DNA from: Planctomycetota bacterium
Lineage (GTDB): Bacteria > Planctomycetota > PLA2 > JAEUHO01
Reading direction: 5' to 3'
Assembly: GCA_965222115.1 (NCBI GenBank)
Contig: CBDCTJ010000007.1
Coordinates: 2,752,001 to 2,816,000, forward strand
DNA length: 64,000 nt
In this document: piece after piece, positions 44,044 to 54,755 of the stretch
How positions within the stretch are numbered: position 1 is the first letter of the stretch
How the letters are laid out: each line of letters opens with the position of its first letter
Notes under the pieces: generated by a model
What the model saw: the letters and a program-made list of their open reading frames with translations, nothing else
Database searches by the model: none
What the model was told of the DNA's origin: nothing
Position numbers and translations under genes: made by a program

Positions 44044-46725
44044 TTACTCGCCGGCAAGCGCGTTGCTTACGTAGGCACGAGCCGCGGCGAATGCGTCATC
44101 GAGTTGCTTTCGATCCTGGCCCATCCCCTGAGCCATTTGCGGGCGACCGCCGCCACCCCCGCCGAGCACGCGGGTGGTCGATGCGAGGAGATCGTTCGCG
44201 CTCAAACCACGCGCAACCACGGAATCGTTTAGCGCTGCCAGCAGAGGCGCCTTGTCACCTGCCTCACCTGCAATCAGTGCTACGTCAACACCGGCCTTCT
44301 TGAGTGTGTCCCAGACGCCTTTGAGTGCTTTGCCGTCCGCACCGGGTATGGCCGCAATCAACACCTTGATGCCGTCGATGGTCTCCGCCGACGACGCCAA
44401 ACCTGCCGCAGCTTGCTGCCCGGCCTCAAGTCTCGCGCGTTCCGCCTCACGTTTGAGTCGCTTGACTTCCCTTCGAAGCGCGTCCACGCGCTCGACGATT
44501 TCATTGGGCTTGGCCTTGAGCATGACACCGAGCGACTGCACAACGTCGCGAGCGCGCTGTGCGGCTTCAGCCGCACCGAGTCCGGTCACCGCTTCGATGC
44601 GCCGCACACCCGCTGCAATGTTGGTTTCCGTCGTCACATGAAATGTGCCGATGTCACCCGTGCGCACACAGTGCGTACCGCCGCAGAGTTCTCGCGAACC
44701 ACTGGCCACGTGGACGACGCGCACCTCGTCGTCGTATTTTTCACCGAAGAGCGCCATGGCGCCACTGGCTTTGGCGGCGTCCAAATCCATGACATCTGTC
44801 TCGACAGAGTCGTTGGCAACAATCCAACGGTTGACCACATCCTCCACGCGCTCGATCTCTTCGGGCGTCATGGCCTGTTCGTGATGAAAGTCAAAGCGCA
44901 AGCGATCGGGCGCCACAAGGGAACCCTCTTGGCGAACGTGATCACCCAACACGCGATGAAGGGCCGCATGCAGCAAATGCGTTGCTGTGTGATTGCGCCG
45001 CACTGCGTCTCGTACAGCGCCGGCTACACGCGCATGCACGACATCACCTACACGAAAACTCCCCTGCCGAAGTGAGCCGCGATGGAGAATGTAGCCTTCG
45101 GCGCTGGTTGTATCAAAGACCTCAAACGACGCCGCGTCGCTCGTAATGACGCCGCGATCTCCCACTTGTCCACCGGATTCGGCGTAAAAGGTGGATTGAT
45201 CCAAGACCAACACAACCTCGTCTTCAGGGCGATCGATGTGTTCTAGAAGATCACCGCCTTCACCAAACATACCGACAATATGCGCGTCGGTCTCAATGCC
45301 TGGATGCGCGTGGCCCAAAAAGGTGGTGGCGGCGACGCCCTTCGCCTTGAGTTCCATCAATGGACCACCAGCGAAAATGTCGCCCGCAATCTTACTGCCC
45401 GCGCGCGCGCGCTCGCGCTGGGCCTTCATTGCAGTTTCAAATCCCTTGTGATCGACGGCAAGCCCGCGCTCTACGAGTATTGCCTCGGCAAGATCTAGCG
45501 GAAAGCCGTAGGTGTCATACAGGCGAAAGGCCGCTTCGCCGGAGAGTGTCTTGTCGGATCCGAGTTTTCGTACTTCGCCTTCCAAATAGCGAAGGCCGGT
45601 GGTGTATGTTTCACGAAATCGCTTGTCTTCGCCCGCCAGTGTGCTTCGAAGTACGTCGGCGCCCTCGCACCACGTCGGATACGCCGTGCCCATGACCGAG
45701 AGTACCGGATCCACCATGTCGGCCAGGAACGGCTTCTCAAGTCCAAGTTGAATGCCATCGCGAATGGCACGCCGAAGGATGCGGCGAAGCACATAGCCTC
45801 GTCCTTCATTGCCGGGTTTGACTCCGTCTGCAATAAGCGCGCATGCTGCCCGCGAGTGTTCGGCAATGCGACGCATGCGCGCAGGATCCTCGCCGGGCGT
45901 CTGCAAGCCCTTGGGATCAAAAGCATAGGGTTTGTCCGCCATGCCCGCAACGTGTTCGATCATGGGGCGAAATAACGTTGATCCAAAGGGTGATTGCTCG
46001 CCCTCGATGGCAGCAACGAGGCGCTCGAATCCTGCGCCGCAGTCAATGTTTTCTTGCGGCAAGGGCTCCAGGTCGTTCACACCGCGGCGATTGAACTGTG
46101 TAAACACTGTGTTCCAAATCTCTACGAAGCGCCCGGAGTCGAATTGGTTTTCGTTCTCGTCCCCCAGCTCCGCGTCCTTGCCGTAATCGAAGAATATTTC
46201 TGCGCAAGGGCCGCACGGACCGTTGGGCCCCTTGCGGGGGGCATCGGCGGGCCAATAGTTTTCAGCTGCGTCAAAGCGGCGAATCGAGTCGCGCGACACC
46301 CCCGTTTTGATCCACGCCTTGTAGGCGACGTCGTCGTCCTTGTAGACCGAGACGCGCAAACGGTCGGCCGACAGGCCAAGTTCTCTGGTAAGAAACTCCC
46401 AGGCCCACGGAATCGCATCGTCCTTAAAGTAGTCGCCGAAACTGAAGTGCCCAAGCATCTCAAAGAACGTCAGGTGGCGTGGCGTCTTGCCTACATTGTC
46501 CAAATCACCTTGGCGAAAACACTTCTGAATTGTCGCCGCCCGCGAAAATGGCAGATCGCCCTTCCCCAAAAACATAGCCTTGAACTGATTCATGCCTGCG
46601 CCGGTAAACAGCAGCGTGGGATCGTTTTCAGGCACCAGCGAGGCACTCGGGTACACCGTGTGACCACGCGCTTCAAAAAACGCGCACCATGAAGCACGCA
46701 GCGCATCGGCGTTCGTAGAAGGCAT
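44044..46725 (-). CDS. alaS: Alanine--tRNA ligase
   Basis: DPTLLFTGAGMNQFK, HLTFFEMLG, YDTYGFP, FYAESGGQVGD, NHTATHLLH, ELCGGTH, GGGGGRP. Confidence 0.98.
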   Translation of the reverse strand: MPSTNADALRASWCAFFEARGHTVYPSASLVPENDPTLLFTGAGMNQFKAMFLGKGDLPFSRAATIQKCFRQGDLDNVGKTPRHLTFFEMLGHFSFGDYFKDDAIPWAWEFLTRELGLSADRLRVSVYKDDDVAYKAWIKTGVSRDSIRRFDAAENYWPADAPRKGPNGPCGPCAEIFFDYGKDAELGDENENQFDSGRFVEIWNTVFTQFNRRGVNDLEPLPQENIDCGAGFERLVAAIEGEQSPFGSTLFRPMIEHVAGMADKPYAFDPKGLQTPGEDPARMRRIAEHSRAACALIADGVKPGNEGRGYVLRRILRRAIRDGIQLGLEKPFLADMVDPVLSVMGTAYPTWCEGADVLRSTLAGEDKRFRETYTTGLRYLEGEVRKLGSDKTLSGEAAFRLYDTYGFPLDLAEAILVERGLAVDHKGFETAMKAQRERARAGSKIAGDIFAGGPLMELKAKGVAATTFLGHAHPGIETDAHIVGMFGEGGDLLEHIDRPEDEVVLVLDQSTFYAESGGQVGDRGVITSDAASFEVFDTTSAEGYILHRGSLRQGSFRVGDVVHARVAGAVRDAVRRNHTATHLLHAALHRVLGDHVRQEGSLVAPDRLRFDFHHEQAMTPEEIERVEDVVNRWIVANDSVETDVMDLDAAKASGAMALFGEKYDDEVRVVHVASGSRELCGGTHCVRTGDIGTFHVTTETNIAAGVRRIEAVTGLGAAEAAQRARDVVQSLGVMLKAKPNEIVERVDALRREVKRLKREAERARLEAGQQAAAGLASSAETIDGIKVLIAAIPGADGKALKGVWDTLKKAGVDVALIAGEAGDKAPLLAALNDSVVARGLSANDLLASTTRVLGGGGGGRPQMAQGMGQDRKQLDDAFAAARAYVSNALAGE

Positions 46726-46861
46726 GAGCGAATCTCCGGCAAAACGGGTTCGCCGGATTATTCACGAAGGGCTAGCAACTGCGCGATTCTGCCGGAACGC
46801 AGACAAAGTATGCCTCCTGGAGTGGTGACGGGATGCGGGGAATCTGACGAGAAAGGAAGCG

Positions 46862-47449
46862 TTATGGCTTCGAAAGCTCGGGCTCGGCTCTCGAAGCGCG
46901 TCGCAGGACGTCTTCAAGCTCTTTGATGTCCGCTTCGCTCGGCGCATGGATCTCAATGCAACCATCGTCATCACGTTCGACATCTCCAATGCCAGGGTGC
47001 CCGGCCTCAAGCTTGCTCATCGACGCTCGGCGTCGGCGTTCCGATTCCACGAATCGCGTAGCGCCCTTTAGCAAGAGTTGGTAGTCAAGTGCCTGCCGGA
47101 TTGCTCGATGTAGCGTCGCGCTGTCGCACGGTTTGGTGAGGAGCCGAAAGACATGCCCCTCGTTCACCGCGCTCATAGCGGCCTCCATCGATGCGTAGCC
47201 AGTCAAGAGTATGGTGGCCACGTGCGGAAAATCGACGCGACTCCGTGCAAGTAACTCGCGGCCGCGGATCTCCGGCATGCACTCGTCGCTCACCAGGACG
47301 TGAATGTCTCGGGTGGCAAGTATTTCGAGTGCTTCGGCGGCTGACGTGACAGCGTGCACGTCTGCGTCCAACGGAGTAAGCATGCGGCGATGAAGTTTGA
47401 GGATGGTGGGCTCATCATCTACTAGTAGTATTTGGGGCTTCGTTGTCAT
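46862..47449 (-). CDS. Response regulator (receiver + short C-terminal tail)
   Basis: LLVDDE, VSDECMP, LLTGY, AVNEG, LTKP. Confidence 0.9.
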   Translation of the reverse strand: MTTKPQILLVDDEPTILKLHRRMLTPLDADVHAVTSAAEALEILATRDIHVLVSDECMPEIRGRELLARSRVDFPHVATILLTGYASMEAAMSAVNEGHVFRLLTKPCDSATLHRAIRQALDYQLLLKGATRFVESERRRRASMSKLEAGHPGIGDVERDDDGCIEIHAPSEADIKELEDVLRRASRAEPELSKP

Positions 47450-47486
47450 GTGATGTCCTTCACTGAATCACGTATCCTTCACTGAG

Positions 47487-49433
47487 TCATTGGGGCTCGC
47501 GCGTGGTGCTCGCGATGCGGGACGCGCCGAGGGCGTCTTGAACTGCGTCAATGAGCTTGGCTGGGGCAAAGGGCTTGCGGATGAGCTGATGGCGATCCCC
47601 ATCAAACTCATGCGCGTCCAACTTGGAGCGCGTGTGGCCCGACATAAACAAGATGGGAAGGTGCGGGTGCGTGCGGCGTACGGCTTTGGCAACTTCAGGG
47701 CCGCACGTGCCTGGCATGACGACGTCCAAGAGAAGCAATTCGGCGGGCCGCGACGTGTTCGTCACCGCGTCCATGACCTGGTTGGGCGAATCGCAGAGGA
47801 TCACCTCAAAACCGCGTGCGGACAGAATTCGTTCGCAAAGACGCCGTATGCCCGGCTCGTCTTCCAGAACGACAATGCGCGCACCGTGCATGTGCGCTTC
47901 AGACGAGGTCCGCTGTCCATCGGTGGCGCTGCTCGATCGCTCACAAAGCGGAATCTGCACGTCAAACCGAGTACCTGAGCCCACACGGCTGTGGACGTCG
48001 ATGGCGCCGCCAATGTCCGATACGACCCCGTAGACGATCGCAAGTCCCATCCCCGTGCCTTCGCCGACCTCCTTCGTGGTGAAGAACGGCTCAAAAACGC
48101 GCCCGCGCGTCTTTTCGTCCATGCCCATGCCCGTATCGGAAACACTAAGTACCGCACAGGGCACGGAAGCATCGGGCTTGGGTCCCCCGGGCTCGGTGGG
48201 AATGAGCGCCATAGTACGTCGCGTTGAGACGACCAACCGTCCACCGCGAGGCATGGCATCCTGGGCATTGATTACCAGGTTCATGACCACTTGCTCCAGT
48301 TCACTGGGATCGGCGATAATGGGCAGCTCACCGGACGACAGATCGCACTGAAACTCAATGTCCTCGCTCAGCAGGCGACGAAGCATATTGAGCATGTCTT
48401 CGACGACTTGATTGAGATTGACGTGCTGGGTACGCACGCGTCGTCCTCGGCCGAATACCAGCAATTGCCGTGTGAGCTCGGCCGCGCGATTCCCGGCCTC
48501 GAGAATGGCGTCTACATCCCCGCGTTGCCGCGTTCCGTTTGAGAATTCGTGGCGCAATTCGGCGCCATAGCCAAGAATGAGGGTAAGCAAGTTGTTGAAG
48601 TCATGCGCTACGCCTGCCGAAAGACGCCCCACCGCTTCTAGCTTGGTCGACCGCACCAGACGCTCTTGGGTCTGACGCAGTTCTTCGAGGCTGCGTTGCA
48701 GCGCATCATTGCTTTCAGACAGCTTGATGCGTTCACGCCGCAGCGAATTGGTCTGTCGTCGATCGTTTATCAGACGCGCCATGTGGCGTGCCACAAGCGA
48801 AAAGAACGATGCGTCACTCTCACTCGGAGCCGCGACATAGTGCGACATACGGCCTTTGGCGAATGTGGCAAGAATCAGAAACCAATGCTTGGACCCTGCG
48901 GAGGGTCGAATCGGCACGATTACATAGCGGTCACCACCATCGGGCGACAGTGGTAAGACGGGGTCCATGGCCTGAAAGAAGGACGTGATGCTCGACATCG
49001 TTGTGGATGCAGATTCGATCACAACGGTGACATCCTGTATGGGCGCGAGGACTTGACCGAGGCGTTGGTCGAGATTGTTGTTGACTCGCGTGCTTGGTGT
49101 CTTGACGCGCAAGCCTTGCGAGGCCCTTGGTACGTACTGGATCTCACGCCTTTCGATTTCAGCTTCCAACGTGGCGCACGCATGGACGAGAAAATGCTCT
49201 TCCATAAATTCCACGAGTTTGGCCAAAACGCCGACTTCATCTTCGCGAATATCGAAATCGGCAAACATGCGTACGGCGCCCTCAATACGCTCCAACTGAC
49301 GCTGGACCGTTGATTGGTAGATCGAGAGTCGATGCTCCGTACGCACGAGCAGTTTGACCTGCTCTTCAAGCGCCGTATTCTCACGGCGGAGTGCCTCAAT
49401 CTTTTGTTCGAGGGATGCCTCGCCCTGCGTCAT
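47487..49433 (-). CDS. Hybrid sensor histidine kinase (HisKA-HATPase-receiver), soluble
   Basis: GVAHDFNNLL, NLVINAQDAM, DTGMGM, FEPFFTTK, GTGMGL, LEDE/LLDVVMP/FMSG/KP. Confidence 0.93.
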   Translation of the reverse strand: MTQGEASLEQKIEALRRENTALEEQVKLLVRTEHRLSIYQSTVQRQLERIEGAVRMFADFDIREDEVGVLAKLVEFMEEHFLVHACATLEAEIERREIQYVPRASQGLRVKTPSTRVNNNLDQRLGQVLAPIQDVTVVIESASTTMSSITSFFQAMDPVLPLSPDGGDRYVIVPIRPSAGSKHWFLILATFAKGRMSHYVAAPSESDASFFSLVARHMARLINDRRQTNSLRRERIKLSESNDALQRSLEELRQTQERLVRSTKLEAVGRLSAGVAHDFNNLLTLILGYGAELRHEFSNGTRQRGDVDAILEAGNRAAELTRQLLVFGRGRRVRTQHVNLNQVVEDMLNMLRRLLSEDIEFQCDLSSGELPIIADPSELEQVVMNLVINAQDAMPRGGRLVVSTRRTMALIPTEPGGPKPDASVPCAVLSVSDTGMGMDEKTRGRVFEPFFTTKEVGEGTGMGLAIVYGVVSDIGGAIDVHSRVGSGTRFDVQIPLCERSSSATDGQRTSSEAHMHGARIVVLEDEPGIRRLCERILSARGFEVILCDSPNQVMDAVTNTSRPAELLLLDVVMPGTCGPEVAKAVRRTHPHLPILFMSGHTRSKLDAHEFDGDRHQLIRKPFAPAKLIDAVQDALGASRIASTTREPQ

Positions 49434-50707
49434 TCGAGTGCATCCTCACGTGGTTTGGGAGGCAACACGGCACAGACGACCGCCGTGTAGTTGTGGTAAC
49501 TGGTTTGGCCGTGGATGGGCGCGATTTCACCGTAGGTGTGGCAGCCAATCCACGGAACCGTGGGCGCCATCGATCGCCGAACGGGCGCCACAATTTCTTC
49601 TGAAGCACATCCGCCAAAGAGAATGCGTCCGCGACCTGCGCAGTCGAATTGCAAAACCATGAGCGGTGATCGGTCGGCGATTCGCTCACGCATATGCGTT
49701 GCCGATTCCTCTAGCGATTGCCGTATCGTCGTCGGGTCTCGGCGCATCATGCAAACGGCGGTGCCCGTATCGAGTCCGCCTCCAGGAACGCGTAGTGCTC
49801 CTGTAGACTTATCGAGGTCAAGCGGCGTGCGGACAATGTACTTATCGCCAATGTCACCCTCTTCATGTTCCGTGGGAATGCCAATACATAGATGGACGAT
49901 GCCCTGCGCGTTTAGGTCCTGCGGATCCCCGGACAAGTAGGTGCGCAAAACGTCCCACGCCGGTACACCATCGATTTCATGGACCCAGCCGTCACTGCCG
50001 CGCGTGATCTCGCGCTTGGATCCAAGTGGCGTACATCCGTGGCTAAGGGCGATCTCGATCTCAGGCCCACCTGAGATGAGCATGGCTCCGACGGCGCCGG
50101 TGTATGCGCGGCCACGCGCGTACTGATACGTTCGCTCGAACAACATGCCATCGGCAGCGGCTCCACCTATGACCGTGATATCGGGCTTGAGGCTTTCCTT
50201 TAGTGCGGCAAGCATCGCCGTGCAATCGCCACGGAGCCCGTCGGGAAAGAGCATGAGTAAGGCCGGCTTGTCGCCTGCATCCGTATTGGCTTCATCGGCG
50301 AGGCGCTTACCGATCTCTCGTGGAGCGTCGTCGAAGGCCTCATGAAGGTAGGCGTGGAAATCGAGCTGCGGGCTGTGGATCGCCAGTACGGAGCAGGCGT
50401 AGTCTCGCTCGAGTGACTCGTTTCCTGCAATGACCCCCTCGCCGGAACAACCGGCTATGGGGATGTCGCCAAGCACAGTGCGGATGGATCGCAAGAGCAC
50501 GGCTTGATCGTGGGCGGCGGTGGCGAAGACGATGGCGCCGTTGGGCTTGGGACGTTGCCTGTTGCCACTATCGCCGAGCGCGGCGAGCGCAGATTCGGCC
50601 GCTACCCGTCCAGCGGTTGCCGAACAGCGTTCAAGTGACAACCCAACCGCCGATCGTGAGCCGGTAGATGATGTCTGCAGGGTGGAATTTTCTGTGTGTG
50701 TGCTCAT
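49430..50707 (-). CDS. FIST-domain (NosP-like) sensor protein
   Basis: AGCSGEGVI, GGAAADG, SHGCTPLG, EIDGVPA, FDCAGRG, GCHTYGEIAP, HNYT. Confidence 0.88.
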   Translation of the reverse strand: MSTHTENSTLQTSSTGSRSAVGLSLERCSATAGRVAAESALAALGDSGNRQRPKPNGAIVFATAAHDQAVLLRSIRTVLGDIPIAGCSGEGVIAGNESLERDYACSVLAIHSPQLDFHAYLHEAFDDAPREIGKRLADEANTDAGDKPALLMLFPDGLRGDCTAMLAALKESLKPDITVIGGAAADGMLFERTYQYARGRAYTGAVGAMLISGGPEIEIALSHGCTPLGSKREITRGSDGWVHEIDGVPAWDVLRTYLSGDPQDLNAQGIVHLCIGIPTEHEEGDIGDKYIVRTPLDLDKSTGALRVPGGGLDTGTAVCMMRRDPTTIRQSLEESATHMRERIADRSPLMVLQFDCAGRGRILFGGCASEEIVAPVRRSMAPTVPWIGCHTYGEIAPIHGQTSYHNYTAVVCAVLPPKPREDALE

Positions 50708-51051
50708 GAACGCGAGCCCTAATGCTTGGAGCTCCGCCACAACCGAATCGAGTTCTTATCGACGATTGCGTTTGTCGATTTGACTGTGTTCGCCGATTTG
50801 ACGTCTGATTCGTTGCTACTCGCGCACAAGTCGTCCTTTGTGAATCATTGGCGACGATTTGCGTTGCGCACACAGTACCGTGCGCCGCCCAGTAAATGCG
50901 ACGACGCGCGGTACAAACCTCCGTTCGGATGCTGGTGAGTCACCGTAGGTAGGACGTTTACGCTGCTTCCGCTATCTGCCAGTTTCGCTATCTGAAACGT
51001 GACCCATGCCCGATAAGTTGTGCACTCATAAAACGTAGGTGCTGGTCCCCA

Positions 51052-51115
51052 GAGTGAAGGAGTTAGGGAGTGAAGGAGTTAGGGAGCGAAGGAGTTGGCG
51101 AGTGAAGAAGTCAGC
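51052..51115. repeat. 16-bp tandem repeat x4 downstream of recA
   Basis: gagtgaaggagttagg x2, gagcgaaggagttggc, gagtgaagaagtcagc. Confidence 0.85.
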
Positions 51116-51164
51116 ACGCGGCGGTGCGGATAGCCCGTCATTACGAGACGGTCGTTAGGATCCG

Positions 51165-52400
51165 TCAAGATGACGAGGTTTCTGCCGTTTCTGGTTTCTC
51201 CATCAGTCCATGCTTTTCAAGCAGTAGCGGAATGCCCAGCGCCTGCGCCGTTTCTTTCTCAAGACCCGTCAAGATGTCCTCATTTTGGCGCAAGAACTCG
51301 CAGGACTTCTCCTTGCCCTGGCCAAGTCGCGTCTCTTTCCACGAGAACCACGAACCGCTCTTTGTGGCGACACCGCCATTCACGGCAAGGTCCAACAAGT
51401 CACCCACGCGATCGATGCCGCGACCGAACATGATGTCGAACTCGGCAATGCGGAAGGGCGGTGCAATCTTGTTCTTGACCACCTTGGCGCGCGTGCGGTT
51501 GCCCATGACTTGGTCGCCCGGGCCCTTGATGGAACCAATACGACGCATGTCGATGCGGACGGATGCATAGAACTTGAGGGCACGTCCCCCACTGGTGGTT
51601 TCGGGACTGCCAAACATGACGCCGATTTTCATGCGGATTTGATTGGTGAAAATCATGGCGGCGTTGGACTGACGGATGGCGCCACCGAGCTTACGCAGTG
51701 CCTGGCTCATCAACCGGGCCTGGAGACCCACGTGGGTGTCTCCCATTTCGCCCTCGATTTCGGCCTTGGGAACCAGCGCCGCCACAGAGTCGATCACCAC
51801 CACGTCAACCGCGTTGCTGCGAATGAGCGCTTCGGCGATTTCTAGCGCCTGCTCACCCGTATCGGGCTGGCTGACCAACAACTCGTCGAGATTTACACCC
51901 AAATTCTTGGCATAGGACGCATCAAAGGCGTGCTCAGCATCGATGAACGCGCACGTACCCCCTTGCTTCTGTGCGCTGGCAATGATGTGACTACACAGCG
52001 TGGTCTTACCGGAACTCTCTGGGCCATAGATCTCGGTAATGCGTCCGCGCGGAATGCCGTAGCCACCGAGCGCAACATCGAGCGAAATGCTGTGGGTACT
52101 GATACCGTCGATCCCAACGGCACCCTTCTCACCAAGGGTCATAATGGAACCCTTGCCGTAGTTCTTTTCAATCTGAGCAAGCGCGAAGTCGAGCGCCTTC
52201 TTCTTTTGCGTGTCGCCGCTTTTCGTGCTTCCCTTTTGGCCGCCCTTCGCACTGCCTTTGCTAACACCACTGCCTTTGCCAACACCACTGGCATTGCTAT
52301 TTCGGCTGGGTTTCTTTGTGCCCGCACTTCCCTTCGCGGAGGAACGCCCGGCAGGTGTGCTCGCCTTTTTGCCAATCACCTTCTTGTTCTGAACCACCAT
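51165..52400 (-). CDS. recA: Recombinase RecA with Lys/Gly/Ser-rich N-terminal extension
   Basis: [58 protein letters not shown]. Confidence 0.98.
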   Translation of the reverse strand: MVVQNKKVIGKKASTPAGRSSAKGSAGTKKPSRNSNASGVGKGSGVSKGSAKGGQKGSTKSGDTQKKKALDFALAQIEKNYGKGSIMTLGEKGAVGIDGISTHSISLDVALGGYGIPRGRITEIYGPESSGKTTLCSHIIASAQKQGGTCAFIDAEHAFDASYAKNLGVNLDELLVSQPDTGEQALEIAEALIRSNAVDVVVIDSVAALVPKAEIEGEMGDTHVGLQARLMSQALRKLGGAIRQSNAAMIFTNQIRMKIGVMFGSPETTSGGRALKFYASVRIDMRRIGSIKGPGDQVMGNRTRAKVVKNKIAPPFRIAEFDIMFGRGIDRVGDLLDLAVNGGVATKSGSWFSWKETRLGQGKEKSCEFLRQNEDILTGLEKETAQALGIPLLLEKHGLMEKPETAETSSS

Positions 52401-52530
52401 GGCCTAAGCCCTCCTTCTGCTTCCTTGCTGCTTACTGCTTCACTACGGACCTACTCATACGTCGCATAACGACGAGTTCGGCCACACCCACAAAGCAGCG
52501 CACTCAGGGGCACGAACTGCGATACGCGGA

Positions 52531-53094
52531 TCAGCCTGAGAGTTGCTGCGTTGTTAGGTCAATGTAACGGTACGCTCCGACAGCGGGGTCGGAAAGAATA
52601 AGTTTCACCTCCGACACCCAGTCCTGGGCGAGGTCGTCGGGCTCTCCATCGCTTGTAAGTAGCTGCATGGTGGCTGGTTGTGGCCGCTGATGAACACGGG
52701 CGAGCGTCACATGCGGATGAAATTTTCTGCGATCGGGCGGATAGCCGAGGTCGCCGACCGCGCGGTGAATGGATCGCGCCACGTGTTCGAGCGCCTCGGC
52801 GGCCTCGGGATCAACGCCCGCCCACAACACGCGAGGACGCTCGGGGCGCGGAAACGCGCCCACCCCACGATAGGTCACACCAAAGGGCGGAATGTCTTCC
52901 ACGGCGTCGGCCATCGCACGACCAATATCGGCCACGTCGCGTTCGTCCGTGTTGCCCAAGAAATGCAGCGTGATGTGAAAGTCGTTCTCGTGCGGCACTC
53001 GCAACGCTCGGTCGTTCGCCGCCCACGCGGTCGCCAATCGACAAAGCGATTTCGCCGCCGCCCTTCCACAACGAATCGCAGCGAACGTGCGCAT
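52531..53094 (-). CDS. thpR: RNA 2',3'-cyclic phosphodiesterase (2H family)
   Basis: Two HxT motifs, FHITLHFLG and PHVTLAR; GAFP..PRVLWAG; upstream of recA. Confidence 0.9.
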   Translation of the reverse strand: MRTFAAIRCGRAAAKSLCRLATAWAANDRALRVPHENDFHITLHFLGNTDERDVADIGRAMADAVEDIPPFGVTYRGVGAFPRPERPRVLWAGVDPEAAEALEHVARSIHRAVGDLGYPPDRRKFHPHVTLARVHQRPQPATMQLLTSDGEPDDLAQDWVSEVKLILSDPAVGAYRYIDLTTQQLSG

Positions 53095-53104
53095 GGCCCC
53101 CTGC

Positions 53105-53701
53105 CTACCCACGAGGAATCACAAAGGGCGCCGATGTGTCGGAATACATCGCACCGCCCAGACGTCCGAGGGCATTGAGTTTGGCGGGATCGGGCAATCC
53201 ATCGCTCACGATTTCATCTTCAATGTGCAGGTACACAACCTCCAAAAAGAACAAATCCACCGGCCCATGGCCCATTTCCATGTGTTTGGTAAGACGTGCT
53301 TCCATCGCGATCGGTGCATTCGCCAAACGCGGAGGCCCAACCACGTCACTTGGCGACACCAACAAGCCGGTTAGCGATACCTCGTCGGCATCCGGCCCGT
53401 CGTCACGCGACGTCATGACCATTTCCTGCTGCAACGCCGATGGCGGGATGTGCACGACCGCTTCACGTGTCGTCAACAGATTCTCTGCGGTGTCTTTGCG
53501 CGCGCCCGAAGAACGTCGGCCAACGCTCACCATCACGGTCATCGGATGCGTCGTCACACCGGCGAAAAAGGAAAAGGGAGCCAAATTTCTTCCACCCTCC
53601 GCATTCAGCGTCAGCACCCACGCGATGGGCCGAGGAATGACGCACGCGATCATCGTCAGGTAGCTCTCCTTGGGGCTGAGAACGTTGGGGTCGATACGCA
53701 C
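53105..53701 (-). CDS. Flavin reductase-like FMN-binding protein
   Basis: PRPIAWV, NLAPFSFF, KDTAENL, LGRLGG..Y. Confidence 0.9.
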   Translation of the reverse strand: MRIDPNVLSPKESYLTMIACVIPRPIAWVLTLNAEGGRNLAPFSFFAGVTTHPMTVMVSVGRRSSGARKDTAENLLTTREAVVHIPPSALQQEMVMTSRDDGPDADEVSLTGLLVSPSDVVGPPRLANAPIAMEARLTKHMEMGHGPVDLFFLEVVYLHIEDEIVSDGLPDPAKLNALGRLGGAMYSDTSAPFVIPRG

Positions 53702-53763
53702 GAAATGTCTCCGTCAGGGCGTGGGCGGGGCACAGCCTACGCCGTGAGAACGCAGGTAGGCGA

Positions 53764-54753
53764 GTGTTTGCCTACGATGAACTCGATTACGTCCCTCGAC
53801 GAGCCGTCCAACCCCCGTTCCATGGAGAAATCGAATACACTGAGCGCGCATTGAATTCGTCTGCCAAACCGCCATCCCCCAACTCCGTGTCCTGGGACCA
53901 CGTTCCCGATGCGGTCAAACGCTGCATTGAGCGTCACTGGAAAGCGGCGTGCCGCGAAACGGGATCGGTTCCGCTCTCGTTGGAAGTGTTTGGCACATCG
54001 GTTTTGGCGGGCTGGCAGCGCGGTCGCGTGCGACGGGAACAGTCCATCGAGTTCGAAGAGTTTGTAGACGTCGCTGACGCCATGTGCTGGGATGACCTCT
54101 TGTTGGCCACGCGATGTGAACAAGGGGATGAAGCTGCGTGGCGCTTGTTTCATGAGCGTTACCAGCCCGACTTGGAGGGTGTGTTGGCTCGCCGTGTGGG
54201 AACGGCCAATGCAGAGAGCGAAGCGGCGGCGGTCTTGGCCGACATGGCACTTCCGCCGGCCAAAGGAACATTCAGGACGCAACTCGGCGCCTATGAGGGC
54301 ACCGGCCCGCTTTGGGCTTGGCTCGCAACCATCGGCCTGCGACGCGTTAGTAAGCGGAGAAAGCGCGACCCCGTGTCCATGGATGAAACCGCCGGTCCCG
54401 TGCCTGCCAAAGAGGGACCCAACGCGTCGGCACTGGATTGGGGCGCCCGGCTTCGTGCGTTCGCCCTGGCGCTTGACAAGGCCTGGGCCGACATGGAACC
54501 CAAGGAACGCATGGCACTCAGCCTGCGTCACAATCAGGGGCTCAACGGGCGCCAAATCGCGACCGCCCTAGGCACTTCGCCCCCCACGGTGACGCGAATT
54601 CTGCAACGCGCCGTCGTGAAGATCAGAGGCCAAGTAATTGCGGCCTTGGGGCAAGATCCCATCCAAGATCCGGGGCTCTGGACGCGGATGGAATCGGCGC
54701 TCGTAAGTCATTTTGAAATTTCAGACGGCGAGCGGCACAGGAAGGCGGAGTAA
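53764..54753 (+). CDS. ECF-like sigma-70 factor
   Basis: DLLLATRCEQGDEAAW, YEGTGPLWAWL (region 2), region-4 HTH GLNGRQIATALGTSPPTVTRILQRA; start uncertain. Confidence 0.8.
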   Translation: MFAYDELDYVPRRAVQPPFHGEIEYTERALNSSAKPPSPNSVSWDHVPDAVKRCIERHWKAACRETGSVPLSLEVFGTSVLAGWQRGRVRREQSIEFEEFVDVADAMCWDDLLLATRCEQGDEAAWRLFHERYQPDLEGVLARRVGTANAESEAAAVLADMALPPAKGTFRTQLGAYEGTGPLWAWLATIGLRRVSKRRKRDPVSMDETAGPVPAKEGPNASALDWGARLRAFALALDKAWADMEPKERMALSLRHNQGLNGRQIATALGTSPPTVTRILQRAVVKIRGQVIAALGQDPIQDPGLWTRMESALVSHFEISDGERHRKAE

Positions 54754-54755
54754 CC

